From: Octopus bimaculoides
Taxonomy: Eukaryota
DNA length: 59,537 bases
Reading direction: 5' to 3'
NCBI RefSeq assembly: GCF_001194135.2
Contig: NC_069005.1
Coordinates: forward strand, 978,076-1,037,612
Part shown: positions 10,751 through 24,664 of the stretch, one piece after another
Layout: each line of letters opens with the position of its first letter
How positions within the stretch are numbered: position 1 is the first letter of the stretch
Notes under the pieces: generated by a model
Told to the model about the DNA's origin: nothing
Databases searched by the model: none
The model's input: only the letters and a program-made list of their open reading frames with translations
Made by a program: the position numbers and the translations under genes

Positions 10751-12638
10751 AGTAAACCCATGAATAAATACATTCTAGCCATGACAATCCTGTCTTTGTT
10801 TTCTCAGATACAGAATAAAGAAAACTACTTCAACTAAAGTGTCCTTCCTTCCTTGTAATTTTAAGTATGGAATTTGTTTCTAGTAATAACCAAAGGTATG
10901 CCAAGAAGGTTTAATACTAAAAAATGTTAATAACTTGACAGCATTTTTGTAGAATGTAATTTGAAGAATATTTGGCTGCTGTTTCTAGCATAGAAGTTCC
11001 TCAATTGAAGGTTAAATGGAATAAGGAAGTGATTGGCATAACATTATTATTGTCAGAGCTGAGCAAGTACTGAAGTCTGTCGCTGATGAACGATAACATA
11101 AAATTGTTGACAGAGCAAAGTTAGTTGAGATACGGTCCCAGGATGGCATGGTTCTTATCAGACTGATAGAGAAAATCTTTGATGAGAACTAATTATATTT
11201 CATGACATGGAAAAATTTCCATGGACTCCTTCTGCATGAAAAACACATAAGTGTGTGTGTGTGTGGGTGGGGTTAATATAATGAAACAAAAAATAATTTA
11301 TCAATTAAAAATTCACTGTAAATGGATGGAAAGGTTATTATCATGAAGGAATACAGAGATCATTATCACTAATGAACATTCTTGTCAAGAAAGACAAGGG
11401 CCACAACTCTGTATGTCCTTTTGATTGAAAAGTTTGGTTAACCTTAGAACAGAATGTATGTTACACTCCACTCAGTTATGTGTCCACAGAAATAGTAATA
11501 TCAACAGGCTAAGATCAGAACAGATAACCTTTGTATGTGGCAGAGTGTCTCTCAGACAAGAGTTGCTAAGCAGCAAAAGCAATGAAAGATAGATTAAGCA
11601 AGAGAGAAGAAGAATGGCATTTTGTAAGTGAGGCAGAGGGAGCTGCTGGTGTTTTCTGGTAGCTGTGGGGGGAGGAGGAAGAGGAGAAACACTGCGCATA
11701 TCAACAAAAGGTTATACATGGGTCTGTTCCTTAGAAACTTGAGAATGGTACCAATGCAGACGAGAGCAGATCACCTCTCTTCAACACACGATTATTATGA
11801 TTGCATCACATTTTGAAAGTTATGCTTTTTTCAGCCCAAGAGAGGCAGTGACTCTATTTTGTCCACTTGGACTGCAGGTTCAAGTCTTGCCATACAAATT
11901 TTTCTCTGACATGAAAACAAGGATGGAATACAACACACAAAAGATTTACCAAAAAAATCACACAGCAGCAGAATAATATGAATCGATTCTATTCCATATC
12001 TAAGACCATTTTACTTCTTGTTGTAAAGTGAAAAATAATAGATAACTCTGAAACTAGAAGTAGTGACAACAAGGGACAACAAGGGACATAGCTTTTGGAG
12101 AAGCCTCTTTACACAGCACATTCAGCACTACCAAGGTGGACTTTTACACCGTCTCTAGAATCAAAGGTTTCAAGAAAAGTACAATTTCAAACGAAATTAT
12201 ATATCTTGTGGTTCTCTAGAAAGTGCCAACCATTTTACAGTTTTCAAAATAACTGAAATTCATTTACAGATGCAGTTAATTAAATGTGATTGCAAATGTC
12301 AACGATGTCGTTTATCAGAGGAAGACATGTGTAACCTAATCTGTCTTCTTCTGAGATGAGGGGTTTATTTTCCCTTCTTTGGGAATGGGAGACACTCTAA
12401 TGTGTTTCCAAAAACCAAGACAGATTCCTGTGTGGAAAGAGAGAGAAAGAGAGAGAAAGAGAAAGAGAGAGAGAGTTGGTTGAGGGGAGGAGTTAGCTCT
12501 AGGATATAAGTGTTTAAAGCTAATGAGATGCTGTCAGAATCGTTGGTTTGAAATGACTGGAGGCTGTTTTGTACTTGGTGTGTGTGTGGAGTGAGCTTGG
12601 TAGTATGCAGGGAAATAGCTTCTGATGTGATTTGTATA

Positions 12639-12680
<42 letters not shown>

Positions 12681-13026
12681 AAAATGGGTAAAGAATGTGG
12701 AGACAGAGAAATTCCTTTGACAAGGGACAGAAAAGGGGTCAGCTGCAACTTGAGGGGTCACAAAGCTTACAGGTTATGTGATCCTTGGCCATATTCTTCA
12801 CCTATATTTATGGTACACCAACATTACAAAGCTCATCTCTCCCTCCCTTTCTGTCACCCTCACTCCTCTTTCTCTCTCTCATTCTCTTTCCCTTCCTCCC
12901 TCCCCCCCTCTCTCAAAATACGTCCACTTCATTAATTGTAATTCCCTCACCAAAAAAACTACCTACGGCTATGTATGTTCCTCAAACTGACAATTAGAAT
13001 AGGATATAGTATAACAAAATACAAAC

Positions 13027-13218
13027 CAGTTCTTCTGTGCCGCAGAATTCTAGTTAGTGTGAAGCTTGTGTTGGGAGTTTCATTGATGCGCAGTTGGCTC
13101 CGGCGCCATACGTGATAGGTGAAAGCACTGGCTATTAACAGGATAAGTGGAATGACGATTCCAATGGCAAGCAGAAGGGTGTGGCTTGATGTGTTTGGGG
13201 CTGTAGTTTGGTGGGAGT
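13027..13218 (-). CDS. Transmembrane exon of the CUB-like membrane protein
   Basis: Acceptor tttcattttcAG, donor G|GTTTGT, 192 nt, phase 1-1. Translation SHQTTAPNTSSHT-LLLAIGIVIPLILLIASAFTY-HVWRRSQLR...RHRRT: hydrophobic helix followed by basic stop-transfer residues. Joins in frame to the 10522 exon. Confidence 0.88.
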
Positions 13219-13800
13219 CTGAAAATGAAACGAAGGATTTTGGGAGTTAGGAATTAAATAGAGAATAGAAAGAGACTGGACTAAAGATCAAACAACAATG
13301 TTTAGTGATTTATTGAGTCTACTATCAACAATACAATACAAAATGACACACACACACACACACACACATTGAAGTTATTAATTAGAAAGGGAAAAAAGTT
13401 ATTACTTACTGTTATCTCCATTAAAGAGGGTGGTGGGCCAGGGTAGAGAAGTAGTAGGATCTATAATAATAATAATAATAATCATAATAATAATATTTTC
13501 TTACATTTTCCACAAAGGCAATAGATGAGGAGGACAATTATAAAGACAAAGTGGTGGTGGTGATGGGCCTTACATAGAAAATTGAATGATTAAAAAATGT
13601 GTGAAGGCATGAAATATAAGCATCCATGGTGTCCAAATAATAAATGATGATAATATAAGCTTCCTGATACAGAGAGCCTCCATGATGTGCCAATCAAGGG
13701 ATCCCACAGATCACCCTAAACACCAAAAGTAAAATATCCTAAGTTATTCTCCAGCCTACTGAGAGCAAAGTATATTTAGGGTGGTTCTCTGCATTCTTAC

Positions 13801-13839
13801 CATTTTCACCATTCCTGCTCGTTTTTGGATGAACAGCAA
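13801..13839 (-). CDS. Short 39-nt stalk exon of the same gene ((V)AVHPKTSRNGEN)
   Basis: Branch/pyrimidine tract tttaactgcttccttctccgaccttatccaAG, donor G|GTAAGA, phase 1-1, open and frame-compatible with both neighbours. Confidence 0.6.
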
Positions 13840-14019
13840 CTTGGATAAGGTCGGAGAAGGAAGCAGTTAAACCAACCCTCCACAATAAGAATGGGTAAAT
13901 ACATACAAAATGGTAAAATAGATACTTCCTTTGACTTTATTTTAGTACAAATCATTAACTAATTAACTCTTTCACTCATTACTCAGCATTCATAACCACA
14001 AGTGAGGCACAAAAGCTGA

Positions 14020-14350
14020 AGGATTTCTGGAGAAACATGACTAGACAGAGTGCATAGCATGGAGATGAGGAATTTACTCTGGGTTGGGATGGAATGTCTC
14101 TATGTTGGAAGATCACAGCTCTGGTGCTATGGGCATGTGATTAGAATGTTACAGGTAAGAATTGGAAGACGGATTCTTCAAGCCAAACCAACTGGCAGGA
14201 GACTTAGGGATAGACCAAGAATAAGACAGTTTGCTTATGTCCATAGCTTCAGCTGGCCATATTTGAAAATCCAGTTGGAAAGTCTAATGACAGTTGCTTC
14301 TGATTGGACTCTATAGAAGAGGTGCCTTCCAGGAATAGTGGGTAGAAAAA
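14020..14350 (+). mobile_element. RTE-clade LINE 3' fragment (degenerate)
   Basis: Translation RSQLWCYGHVIRM...RRILQAKPTGRRLRDRPR matches the RTE ORF2 C-terminal pattern RSQLRWFGHV.RM...GKRPRGRP. Confidence 0.75.
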
Positions 14351-14956
14351 GATGGATATATGGATAATTACCAGGTATTTAATTTATTTACCTTAGAGAG
14401 AACTGTACTGAATTTATCCTGATAAAAAGATTGTATTTGTGGCATACTAGCAATGTGAACTTGCAACCACAGATTAAATTTATTGCATAATTTGATTTGA
14501 TTCCTTCTACCTAATCCATAAACCTGTCTATTTTGTGACAGTCGTGGTTGCTATTGCCCACAACAACAGCAGAAGCAGCAATGTTGCAGTGATGGTATCA
14601 GTAACAGTGACATTAGCAGTTATTGTGCAGTAATTCAACAGCAATCAACAGATCTCTTAACAGCAAACCAAATCAGCCAGGTTCCAAAGTCAACAACAAA
14701 TATGAATTAGACAAAGCAAATACCAAAGTCCTTTCACCGACAGCAGTTATCACAACTGATAAGTTACTACATTGAACTCTATTACAGGACTTCCCAGTTG
14801 AGCTTTCATTGAAAGTACATGGCAGCAAAAATGAAAAATATGTTCATTTATATGCAAACATCACTACAGACTCACTTGCATTTCTTCATATCTATTGCAT
14901 ATTCATACATATATATGTTCTTTCATGTACATTTTCAGACTCACTTGCATGTATAT

Positions 14957-14999
<43 letters not shown>

Positions 15000-15084
15000 A
15001 ACTTATGCACAAATGTGTATACTTAATTAACTCTTTTCATTGAACTTAATTAACTGTTTCCAAATGTAGTCCTGTGAGTACCAC

Positions 15085-15270
15085 ATTGAAAGCACTTGTG
15101 CCAGTGCCACTGTAGAGTGGTTGGCATCAAGAAGGTCACTCAGCTGTAGATATCATGTCAAAACAGACATGGAGCCACCTGGTCAGCTGGTCAGCTCTTG
15201 TCAGACTATCCAACCCATGCCAGCATGGAAAGCGGATGTTAAATGATGATGGTGAGGAGGATGAGGAGGA
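15085..15270 (+). mobile_element. Short repeat ending ccaacccatgccagcatggaaagcggatgttaaatgatgat (probable RTE-type 3' tail)
   Basis: Same tail recurs at ~19790-19920, 38850-38945, 46690-46865, 49150-49260, 54530-54640, 59050-59150; RTE assignment is inference. Confidence 0.65.
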
Positions 15271-16053
15271 GGCTTGTCCTAGTTAAATTAAATCTGTCAC
15301 CAAACAGGAAATATTTTCCCCATTTTTTGGTTATAATGAAATAAAGTTGTGATAATCTGCATTTTGTCTTCTGGTTGGATTTATATTTTCAACAGAAGAA
15401 AGGCAAATTAATTGTGGAGAAACTTAGAACATGGATGTATGAGAATAAACACAGTTATACAATTGGTTGAACACTGAACCATCCAATTAAGACTGTAGGA
15501 CTACTTTGTAGAATACCTGAAGGTAGGGGTACAGGGGATTAACATAGAATACATCATAGATTCAACTATTTGTATCATAATACTTCTTCCACAAAAAGAA
15601 GAAAAAATGAACAACAAAATATTCAAAACATTGGAATTTATTATAATTGAAAGCTGCTGTGGATGTGTAGACACACTTATACACACACACACAGTCATAA
15701 TCATCACAACCACCATCATCATCACAACCACCATCATATTACTGATATAATGCAATATCATTTAATATGAAACCCAGTTTACGGTTAGTGACAACTCCAC
15801 CCATCCATAAACCATTTACACACAAACAATGTCAGCAGACAACATTATTTGTGAAAATATTTGTAAAATAATGTATTTTTTTGGTGTTTGGCCCAAATGT
15901 TTTCTCTCCTACTTGACACAGATAATCAACTAAACAAACACAGTGGTATTTGTACTAGAGACAGTTATATAATGTAGTCATTCTATACATACAAATACTA
16001 TACACATTTATATGCTGTAGCCATAATATATACAATAGTTAATGTAACCATTC

Positions 16054-16278
16054 TATGAGGGGGTGGGGCTGAAAAGTTCCTGGCTTTTGGGTAAAAGAAA
16101 ATATAGGAACAAGAGTTGATTATGATTTTAGCTAACATATTCCCCTCTCAGATTCATGCACTTATTGCAATGGTCCTTCAGTTTTTCTAAGCCCTGTAAA
16201 AGAACTCGGAAGGTTGGGTCTCCAACAAGGCCTTTTGCGATATCCTTAAAGCCAAGAATTTTTCAGTACCCCCTCATA
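16054..16278. mobile_element. Tc1/mariner-type MITE with TA target-site duplication
   Basis: Left TA-tgagggggtggggctgaaaagttcctggcttt; right aaagccaagaatttttcagtaccccctca-TA (inverted match); no coding capacity. Confidence 0.85.
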
Positions 16279-16909
16279 AAAATACCATTATATACTATAG
16301 TAATACTATATACAATTATAAACTGTAGCTATACTATATACGGTAATATAATATAGCCATACAATATATACAAATACTTTTATATACTGTAGCCATACTA
16401 GAGTAAAGGGTGAAGACCCCCCCTTTTCTCATGAATGACCATGGGATTGCACCTAGAATGTTCCCCTTTGAGGTACATGTCCAGGCAAGGTGGTTTATGG
16501 AAGAAGACAGTTGCCCATAAATACCAGCGTCCCCTCTCCACGCCACTGTTGTTATCCAAGGGAAAGGCAAAGGGGCCGATACAGCTTGTCTTTGTATTTA
16601 GTCAAAAGAAATCATTATTATACACTGACGAGCTAGCAAAATTGTTAATACATGAGATGAAATACTTGGTGATATTTATTGCAGTTCTTTACATTCTGAG
16701 TTCAAATCCCACCAAAAGGGATCTCTGTCTTTCATCATTTTAGGATTGATAAAATAAAGGTACCAGTCAAGAACTGGGGTTGACAAAATCAGCTGCCCCC
16801 GCCATCCACCTCAAAAAACTACTGGCATCGAACCTAAACCAGAAACCATTGTTATTATTATTGATGTTGTTGTTGTTGTTGTTATACATTGGTCGCTCTG
16901 CGTTCAGTT

Positions 16910-16938
16910 CTAACCCTAACCCTAACCCTAACCCTAAC
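16910..16938. repeat. Interstitial telomere-type repeat (CCCTAA/TTAGGG) x ~4.8
   Basis: ctaaccctaaccctaaccctaaccctaac. Confidence 0.9.
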
Positions 16939-17077
16939 ACAATCAGGAACTGGAAATTGGTGGGAACAGTTTCAAATCTTAGGAAGGTAAACAGACAGCC
17001 ATCAGTATCGATGGCTGAATTGACAAAGACGGTCATATAAACAGAGAGAAAGAGAGAGATAAGAGTTCAAAACTCAC

Positions 17078-17160
17078 CAGGTATTATAGTAACTTTTGCC
17101 TTACAGTAAAAATTGGTTTGGTTTTGGAACTGTTTATTGATTTCAAGAATGCCATAGTAA
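17078..17160 (-). CDS. 3' part of an ectodomain exon of the CUB-like protein; its 5' part is hidden in gap 17161-17844
   Basis: Open frame from the gap edge YYGILEINKQFQNQTNFYCKAKVTIIP, ending at canonical donor G|GTGAGT in phase 1, which matches the downstream phase-1 exons. Confidence 0.75.
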
Positions 17161-18000
17161 NNNNNNNNNNNNNNNNNNNNNNNNNNNNNNNNNNNNNNNN
17201 NNNNNNNNNNNNNNNNNNNNNNNNNNNNNNNNNNNNNNNNNNNNNNNNNNNNNNNNNNNNNNNNNNNNNNNNNNNNNNNNNNNNNNNNNNNNNNNNNNNN
17301 NNNNNNNNNNNNNNNNNNNNNNNNNNNNNNNNNNNNNNNNNNNNNNNNNNNNNNNNNNNNNNNNNNNNNNNNNNNNNNNNNNNNNNNNNNNNNNNNNNNN
17401 NNNNNNNNNNNNNNNNNNNNNNNNNNNNNNNNNNNNNNNNNNNNNNNNNNNNNNNNNNNNNNNNNNNNNNNNNNNNNNNNNNNNNNNNNNNNNNNNNNNN
17501 NNNNNNNNNNNNNNNNNNNNNNNNNNNNNNNNNNNNNNNNNNNNNNNNNNNNNNNNNNNNNNNNNNNNNNNNNNNNNNNNNNNNNNNNNNNNNNNNNNNN
17601 NNNNNNNNNNNNNNNNNNNNNNNNNNNNNNNNNNNNNNNNNNNNNNNNNNNNNNNNNNNNNNNNNNNNNNNNNNNNNNNNNNNNNNNNNNNNNNNNNNNN
17701 NNNNNNNNNNNNNNNNNNNNNNNNNNNNNNNNNNNNNNNNNNNNNNNNNNNNNNNNNNNNNNNNNNNNNNNNNNNNNNNNNNNNNNNNNNNNNNNNNNNN
17801 NNNNNNNNNNNNNNNNNNNNNNNNNNNNNNNNNNNNNNNNNNNNTACAACATCAAATGACGTAATGTCAGCCGAAAAATATTTGATTTACAGCTGGATGC
17901 CTTCATAGTGTTAACCATTCACTCAGGTAAACTAAGGTAAACTAAAGTCATCTTCATTAAGCTCTTTCCTCTCCCCCACATCACACACACACACACACAA

Positions 18001-18160
18001 TGGACTTCTTTAAGTTCTTGTCAACCTCGTTCATTCACAAGGCTTTGATTGGCCTGGGGATATAGTAGAAGACACTTGCCCAAGGTGCCACGCAGTGGGA
18101 CTGAACCTGGAACTATGTGCTTGAGAAGGAAACCTTTTACCATGCAGCCACATCTGCACA
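18001..18160 (-). mobile_element. SINE family B, 5' half
   Basis: gtagaagacacttgcccaaggtgccacgcagtgggactgaacc is the reverse complement of 38545-38590. Confidence 0.85.
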
Positions 18161-18228
18161 TCACGTGCATCAGAAAATGCAAATCTTCAAACAGAATATT
18201 GTAAATATGAAAAGAGACTTTAACGTAC

Positions 18229-18399
18229 CCGTAAATCAAGTTGGTTCATCTCTTGTAGTAAGTAAAGACGAGCAGTCACTTTGCAAGTCCGTATCCTCAA
18301 AAAGTCTATGGTCAACCGCAAACGCTCATTGTGCCGAATTGCAAACGTCATTGTACAAATACGTGCACGTTTCGATTTGTTGCCGTTGGCTACGATGTC
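18229..18399 (-). CDS. Ectodomain exon, CUB-like (DIVANGNKSKRARICTMTFAIRHNERLRLTIDFLRIRTCKVTARLYLLQEMNQLDLR)
   Basis: Acceptor gtgcAG|GAC, donor CGG|GTACGT, 171 nt, phase 0-0. C-x-hydrophobic alternation, then L-x-L-x-hydrophobic-x-F-x-x-I-x-x-C, resembles the CUB C-x-W-x-I...I-x-L-x-F-x-x-F-x-L...C pattern. Confidence 0.78.
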
Positions 18400-18757
18400 C
18401 TGCACATTATAAGGGTAGAGATGTATGACTTTGGTGGGATTGTATTCACGAAATGTGCACTTGTCTTTGTTGTACATATACACTGGAAGAAACGAGAGAA
18501 TCAAACGCAAAATGAAAATAACATATATAATATGTGTGTGTGTGAATGTGTTTGTGTGTGGTGGATGTCAACACCCAATAACCTTTTGTCAGATTGTCTG
18601 ACGAAGGCTTGCAGGGTAAAACTTTTAAAGTCACTGTCACACCTCTTCTTAAAGAAGGTTAATAAACATCCACTCTGCACAAATCAAAAAGCTATTGAGT
18701 GATTCTTCAGTTTAATCTTAAATTGTTTTTATATATAACTTGACATAAAAACAAACA

Positions 18758-18858
<101 letters not shown>

Positions 18859-19360
18859 CACATACAAATATACAAATAATGAACAAATTTATAATGCACT
18901 ACGCAGGGTTTTGAGGTAGTTTTAAAATTAAAGGTTGAAACTGCACTGTTTCCATAAACATAGAATTTAACCTTGCTGTGAAGAGTAAGGTGTACCATTT
19001 TACCATTTTAATAGCCATAAAATTTAGCTCTGCTCTGAAAAATGTTTTATCTCGTAATGGGCAAAAAGTAGAATCAGTGTGGCCGATCTCTAGTCTTGTT
19101 AGGTCTTCATCAGAGAAAGATTCCCCACCTTCCTGCCCAGTGCGAGATCATTAGCTAGTAGCTATTTGTAGAACATAAAAACTTCAGCAGAGCCGAGCAA
19201 GTCTGTCTGATTTGTACAGCAGAGCAGACATTGACAACATGGATTAATTAATAGTGCCCCAGCATGGCCACAGCCTCATGGCTGAAACATATAAAAGAGT
19301 ATACAGTGTTTCTGAATGATTTGAAATGCCAGATTTGCCTTTTTAATAAACATATATATA

Positions 19361-19520
19361 GGTGCAGGTGTGGCCATGAAGTTAAGAAGTTTGCTTCCCA
19401 ACCACTGGTTTCAGGGTCAGTCCCACTGCATTCCATCTTGGGCAAGTGCTTTCTACTATAACCCTAGGCCGACCAAGCCCTGTGAGTGGAGATGGTAGAC
19501 AGAAGCTGGAAGAAGCCTGT
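19361..19520 (+). mobile_element. SINE family B, 5' half
   Basis: ggtgcaggtgtggcc...aagaagtttgcttcccaacc...gtcccactgc...ttgggcaagtg...ggtagacagaagctggaagaagcc. Confidence 0.85.
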
Positions 19521-19604
19521 CATATATGTAAGTATATATGGCACTGCTTGTGTGACACGCAAAACCCTCAAGACAAAAAAACATATGCAGAAATATTGAT
19601 ATAT

Positions 19605-19635
<31 letters not shown>

Positions 19636-20340
19636 AATATGTATCTATACACACACACACATATATATATATCTAAATATTTATTTATGCATGTGTGCCT
19701 TTGTCTTGAGTGTCACTGCCACACAAGCAGTGTCATTTATTTTTAAAATTCTGTGAAATTTTCTCTGGCCATAGGGAATAATCACATTGTTTGGAACCAG
19801 GTGAGGATTGGTAACTGTAAAGGCTCTGGCCATAGAATATCTGCTTCAATAAACTCTGCCTGACCCATGGGAGCATGGAAAAATGGATGTTAAAACAATG
19901 ATGAGGATGATGATGAAGTTTCACTGTGAAAAGTAAATAAAATGGTTTAACAGAACAGGAGATGCTTCTCTGGAAGTGCCAAGAAATTCTTGTTCAGGCA
20001 TTCCACTACTACAGCCATAAATGACCATTTGGTGCACGAATGGCCTTCAAATCCCAATTACTTTACTTTCAAACCTAACTAAACACACTCAAACCTCTCA
20101 TCAGCTGTCAACAACAACAACAACAACAACAATATAACAATGAATAATGAAGAACTTACTTGTGTTATTTGACATTGTCATTGCCTGTAGACTGCACACG
20201 GTTACAAAGAAGAAGAAGAAGAAGTAAGGAAACCACCAGGCACCTTGGATTGAGTTAGTTAACATCAGGCAAGTAAGACAGTTGGTCACTTCTCAATGGC
20301 AATTGACTCGCTGTGGTGTTCACGCTGCAATTAGCAATGA

Positions 20341-20521
20341 TGTATATATACATATATTTATATATATACATACATATATATATACATATGTATACAAATA
20401 TATATTCACATATATATATACATTTATATATATATACATATATATACGTACATATATATATATACATATATATACATACATATATATATATACATATATA
20501 TACATACATATATATATATAC

Positions 20522-20561
<40 letters not shown>

Positions 20562-20577
20562 ACATATATATATATAC

Positions 20578-20617
<40 letters not shown>

Positions 20618-21798
20618 ACATATATATACATACATATATATATATACATATATATATACATATATATATATACATATATATATACATATATATATACATA
20701 TATATATACACATATATATATACATATATATACACATATATATATATACATATNNNNNNNNNNNNNNNNNNNNNNNNNNNNNNNNNNNNNNNNNNNNNNN
20801 NNNNNNNNNNNNNNNNNNNNNNNNNNNNNNNNNNNNNNNNNNNNNNNNNNNNNNNNNNNNNNNNNNNNNNNNNNNNNNNNNNNNNNNNNNNNNNNNNNNN
20901 NNNNNNNNNNNNNNNNNNNNNNNNNNNNNNNNNNNNNNNNNNNNNNNNNNNNNNNNNNNNNNNNNNNNNNNNNNNNNNNNNNNNNNNNNNNNNNNNNNNN
21001 NNNNNNNNNNNNNNNNNNNNNNNNNNNNNNNNNNNNNNNNNNNNNNNNNNNNNNNNNNNNNNNNNNNNNNNNNNNNNNNNNNNNNNNNNNNNNNNNNNNN
21101 NNNNNNNNNNNNNNNNNNNNNNNNNNNNNNNNNNNNNNNNNNNNNNNNNNNNNNNNNNNNNNNNNNNNNNNNNNNNNNNNNNNNNNNNNNNNNNNNNNNN
21201 NNNNNNNNNNNNNNNNNNNNNNNNNNNNNNNNNNNNNNNNNNNNNNNNNNNNNNNNNNNNNNNNNNNNNNNNNNNNNNNNNNNNNNNNNNNNNNNNNNNN
21301 NNNNNNNNNNNNNNNNNNNNNNNNNNNNNNNNNNNNNNNNNNNNNNNNNNNNNNNNNNNNNNNNNNNNNNNNNNNNNNNNNNNNNNNNNNNNNNNNNNNN
21401 NNNNNNNNNNNNNNNNNNNNNNNNNNNNNNNNNNNNNNNNNNNNNNNNNNNNNNNNNNNNNNNNNNNNNNNNNNNNNNNNNNNNNNNNNNNNNNNNNNNN
21501 NNNNNNNNNNNNNNNNNNNNNNNNNNNNNNNNNNNNNNNNNNNNNNNNNNNNNNNNNNNNNNNNNNNNNNNNNNNNNNNNNNNNNNNNNNNNNNNNNNNN
21601 NNNNNNNNNNNNNNNNNNATATATACATATATATATACATATATATATACATATATATATACATATACATATATATATACATATATATATATACATATAT
21701 ATATATACATATATATATATACATATATATATATACATATATATACATATACATATATATATACATATATATACATATATATATATATACATATATAT
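20341..21798. repeat. (TA)n/(TATACA)n compound microsatellite spanning an N gap
   Basis: Direct reading; gap 20754-21618. Confidence 0.95.
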
Positions 21799-22021
21799 AT
21801 TTTTTTTTTCCAGAGGATGTAGCAACCGTTACCAATATAGCATAAGACCTTACCTTAGGAGATCATTAATTAGATTCCTTAAGGGTCGTTCTCACATATA
21901 TATATATATATATGTCTATATATATATATATATAGACGAATGAGTGCATGCATCTTACCCATATATCTCCCTTTTAATCTCTTCCCTATGTATATACGTA
22001 TATTTGCATACTTTCTTGTAC

Positions 22022-22176
22022 CTTGGGATAAAACTTCCCATAACCATCAACATAAACTTTGTCACTCGTAATGCCCGTATTTTCGCTAAATTTAACTTTC
22101 CCAAATAAAGTACAGTTCATATCCAGGGCTCTGATAAAGCTATAGAATGCTATCAGGGCACTCAGCTGAGAGTCCA
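22022..22176 (-). CDS. Exon encoding the hydrophobic N-terminal segment and start of the CUB-like domain (DSQLSALIAFYSFIRALDMNCTLFGKVKFSENTGITSDKVYVDGYGKFYPK)
   Basis: Acceptor gcAG|TG (phase 1), donor AAG|GTACAA (phase 0) joining in frame to 18399. C...G-I-T-S...F-Y-P followed 14 residues after the Pro by Cys resembles the CUB N-terminal C...G.I.SP.YP..Y.....C motif. Confidence 0.75.
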
Positions 22177-22481
22177 CTGCATCTCATAGCAGAAACTGCT
22201 GTAAGCCAATGAAGTTCATTACATAACATTTGGTTTTTCCAGTGTCATCTCTTCATTTCCAATTACTACTCTATACTATACTATACTATATACATATACA
22301 CACACAAACATATATGTGCTTAAATATCATAATGTAAATGTTGTAACACATTGAAATATATTTTACATATGTTGAGATGTCTGATAAGTTTATTCCATCA
22401 CAGTTTACTCTCACTTTGGTCCCTGGTTGGGTTTTTGAACACACATACACACATATATATATGTGAGAGAAATATATATAT

Positions 22482-22518
<37 letters not shown>

Positions 22519-22958
22519 TACACATAATGATACATAACATGCATATATATATATGTACATAAATATTTGAAATATATATTGTTTGTGATACATATATATA
22601 TATATGACATATATATATATAAATACATTGGTGTATATTTATATATACGCACATATATTTCTATATGTATACTTATATGTATATATACACACAAAACACA
22701 CACAGGTATATATATATATATATGTAAGCATATATGTAAACACACACACACACACATAGAAGCGTGTGTTATCTCTTTTGCTTTACTGTTTTAAATAAGT
22801 CACTTTGTCGCTATTGTATGTTTTGTACTTAACCAAAATACGAAATATCACGAAATGTTACCGAGGAAATATTAAAATTTTAAAAGCTTTACCTTCCGTT
22901 TTAATGAAGAAATAAAACTACATACATATGCCACTCCATACCACTCTCATATAAATAT

Positions 22959-23017
<59 letters not shown>

Positions 23018-23487
23018 NNNNNNNNNNNNNNNNNNNNNNNNNNNNNNNNNNNNNNNNNNNNNNNNNNNNNNNNNNNNNNNNNNNNNNNNNNNNNNNNNNN
23101 NNNNNNNNNNNNNNNNNNNNNNNNNNNNNNNNNNNNNNNNNNNNNNNNNNNNNNNNNNNNNNNNNNNNNNNNNNNNNNNNNNNNNNNNNNNNNNNNNNNN
23201 NNNNNNNNNNNNNNNNNNNNNNNNNNNNNNNNNNNNNNNNNNNNNNNNNNNNNNNNNNNNNNNNNNNNNNNNNNNNNNNNNNNNNNNNNNNNNNNNNNNN
23301 NNNNNNNNNNNNNNNNNNNNNNNNNNNNNNNNNNNNNNNNNNNNNNNNNNNNNNNNNNNNNNNNNNNNNNNNNNNNNNNNNNNNNNNNNNNNNNNNNNNN
23401 NNNNNNNNNNNNNNNNNNNNNNNNNNNNNNNNNNNNNNNNNNNNNNNNNNNNNNNNNNNNNNNNNNNNATATATATATATATATATA

Positions 23488-23680
23488 GACAAACAGATAG
23501 CCAGATGGATAGACAGGTTGATAAGTAGACAGATAACTTGATAGATAGACAGACAGACAGACAGATAGATAGATAGATAAACAGATATAGGCAGATAGAT
23601 AAATAGACAGACTGGCAGACAGAGACAGACAAACAGGCAGGCAGACAGACGGACAGAGAGATAGACAGCTAGTTAGACAG
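23488..23680. repeat. (GATA)n/(GACA)n compound microsatellite
   Basis: Direct reading. Confidence 0.9.
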
Positions 23681-24664
23681 ATGTATTTAAAGGTAAATTA
23701 ATCGGTAATTAATAAGAGAAGCAGGTAGATCGACAGATATGATTGATAGACAGAGCCTAAAAACAGTGAAAAATGGAGATATTGTGGCTTACAACATGGA
23801 AATAAGTGTATCTAGGTTGATATTGTCTCGAATGGATTCTAGCAGTGGCCATTGAACCTTACAATTAATGTTTTGTCTCTGTGAGTGCGTGTGTGTGTAT
23901 CTATGTCTGTCAACTAGAATAGCTTACATAAGTGGTTAAAGATACAGTCTCTGTTAATCGTGTCGACTTATGATGAAAGGCTGAAACAGCCAGGACCACC
24001 TGTCTTTTGTGTGCGTTTTTAGCATATCTTACGACTACATTATCAAATGTATCGTTTCTTTGTTCGTGTCTGATTTAAGGCAGATTTGACTGCTATTTCT
24101 AGCCGTTTTTCGTTAGCTTGTAGAGGGCGTTGTGAGTGTGGATGCATTCATAAGCTTACATGTGTGTGTGTGTGTGTGGCTAAGCTTGGACGGATATTAA
24201 TGACACATATACTGCTGTGTGTGTATATTAAGCGTATGGAATCTAGTTTAAGCACATGTGTGAGTGTGTATGCATGTTTAGGAATGTCATAATTCTTTGT
24301 GTTGTGTTCTTGAGTGAAATGCTACATGGTGAGCTGTGTGTGTGTGTGTGTGTATGTACGAGACAGATACAAATATGTCTGTATGTAAACGTGTGTATGT
24401 GTGAGTGATGTGGGGGGAGAGCTTGAGAGACAAAGAGACTTGAGTATATATATGTGTGTAGGCAAATATGTGTGTGTGTGTTTAGTTATCGATTACGTAC
24501 TCTGTGACAGGTTGTTTTTTCTTTTCTTTTTGCTGTGATTGAATCTGTTGTTTGTGATAAGAGAATAAATATATTATGGAAACAGCTTGTTATTAAAAGC
24601 CTCAGCATTCGGTTCTAATCGTTGTTGTTGCTGCTATGATGATGATGGTGATTATTATTATTAC

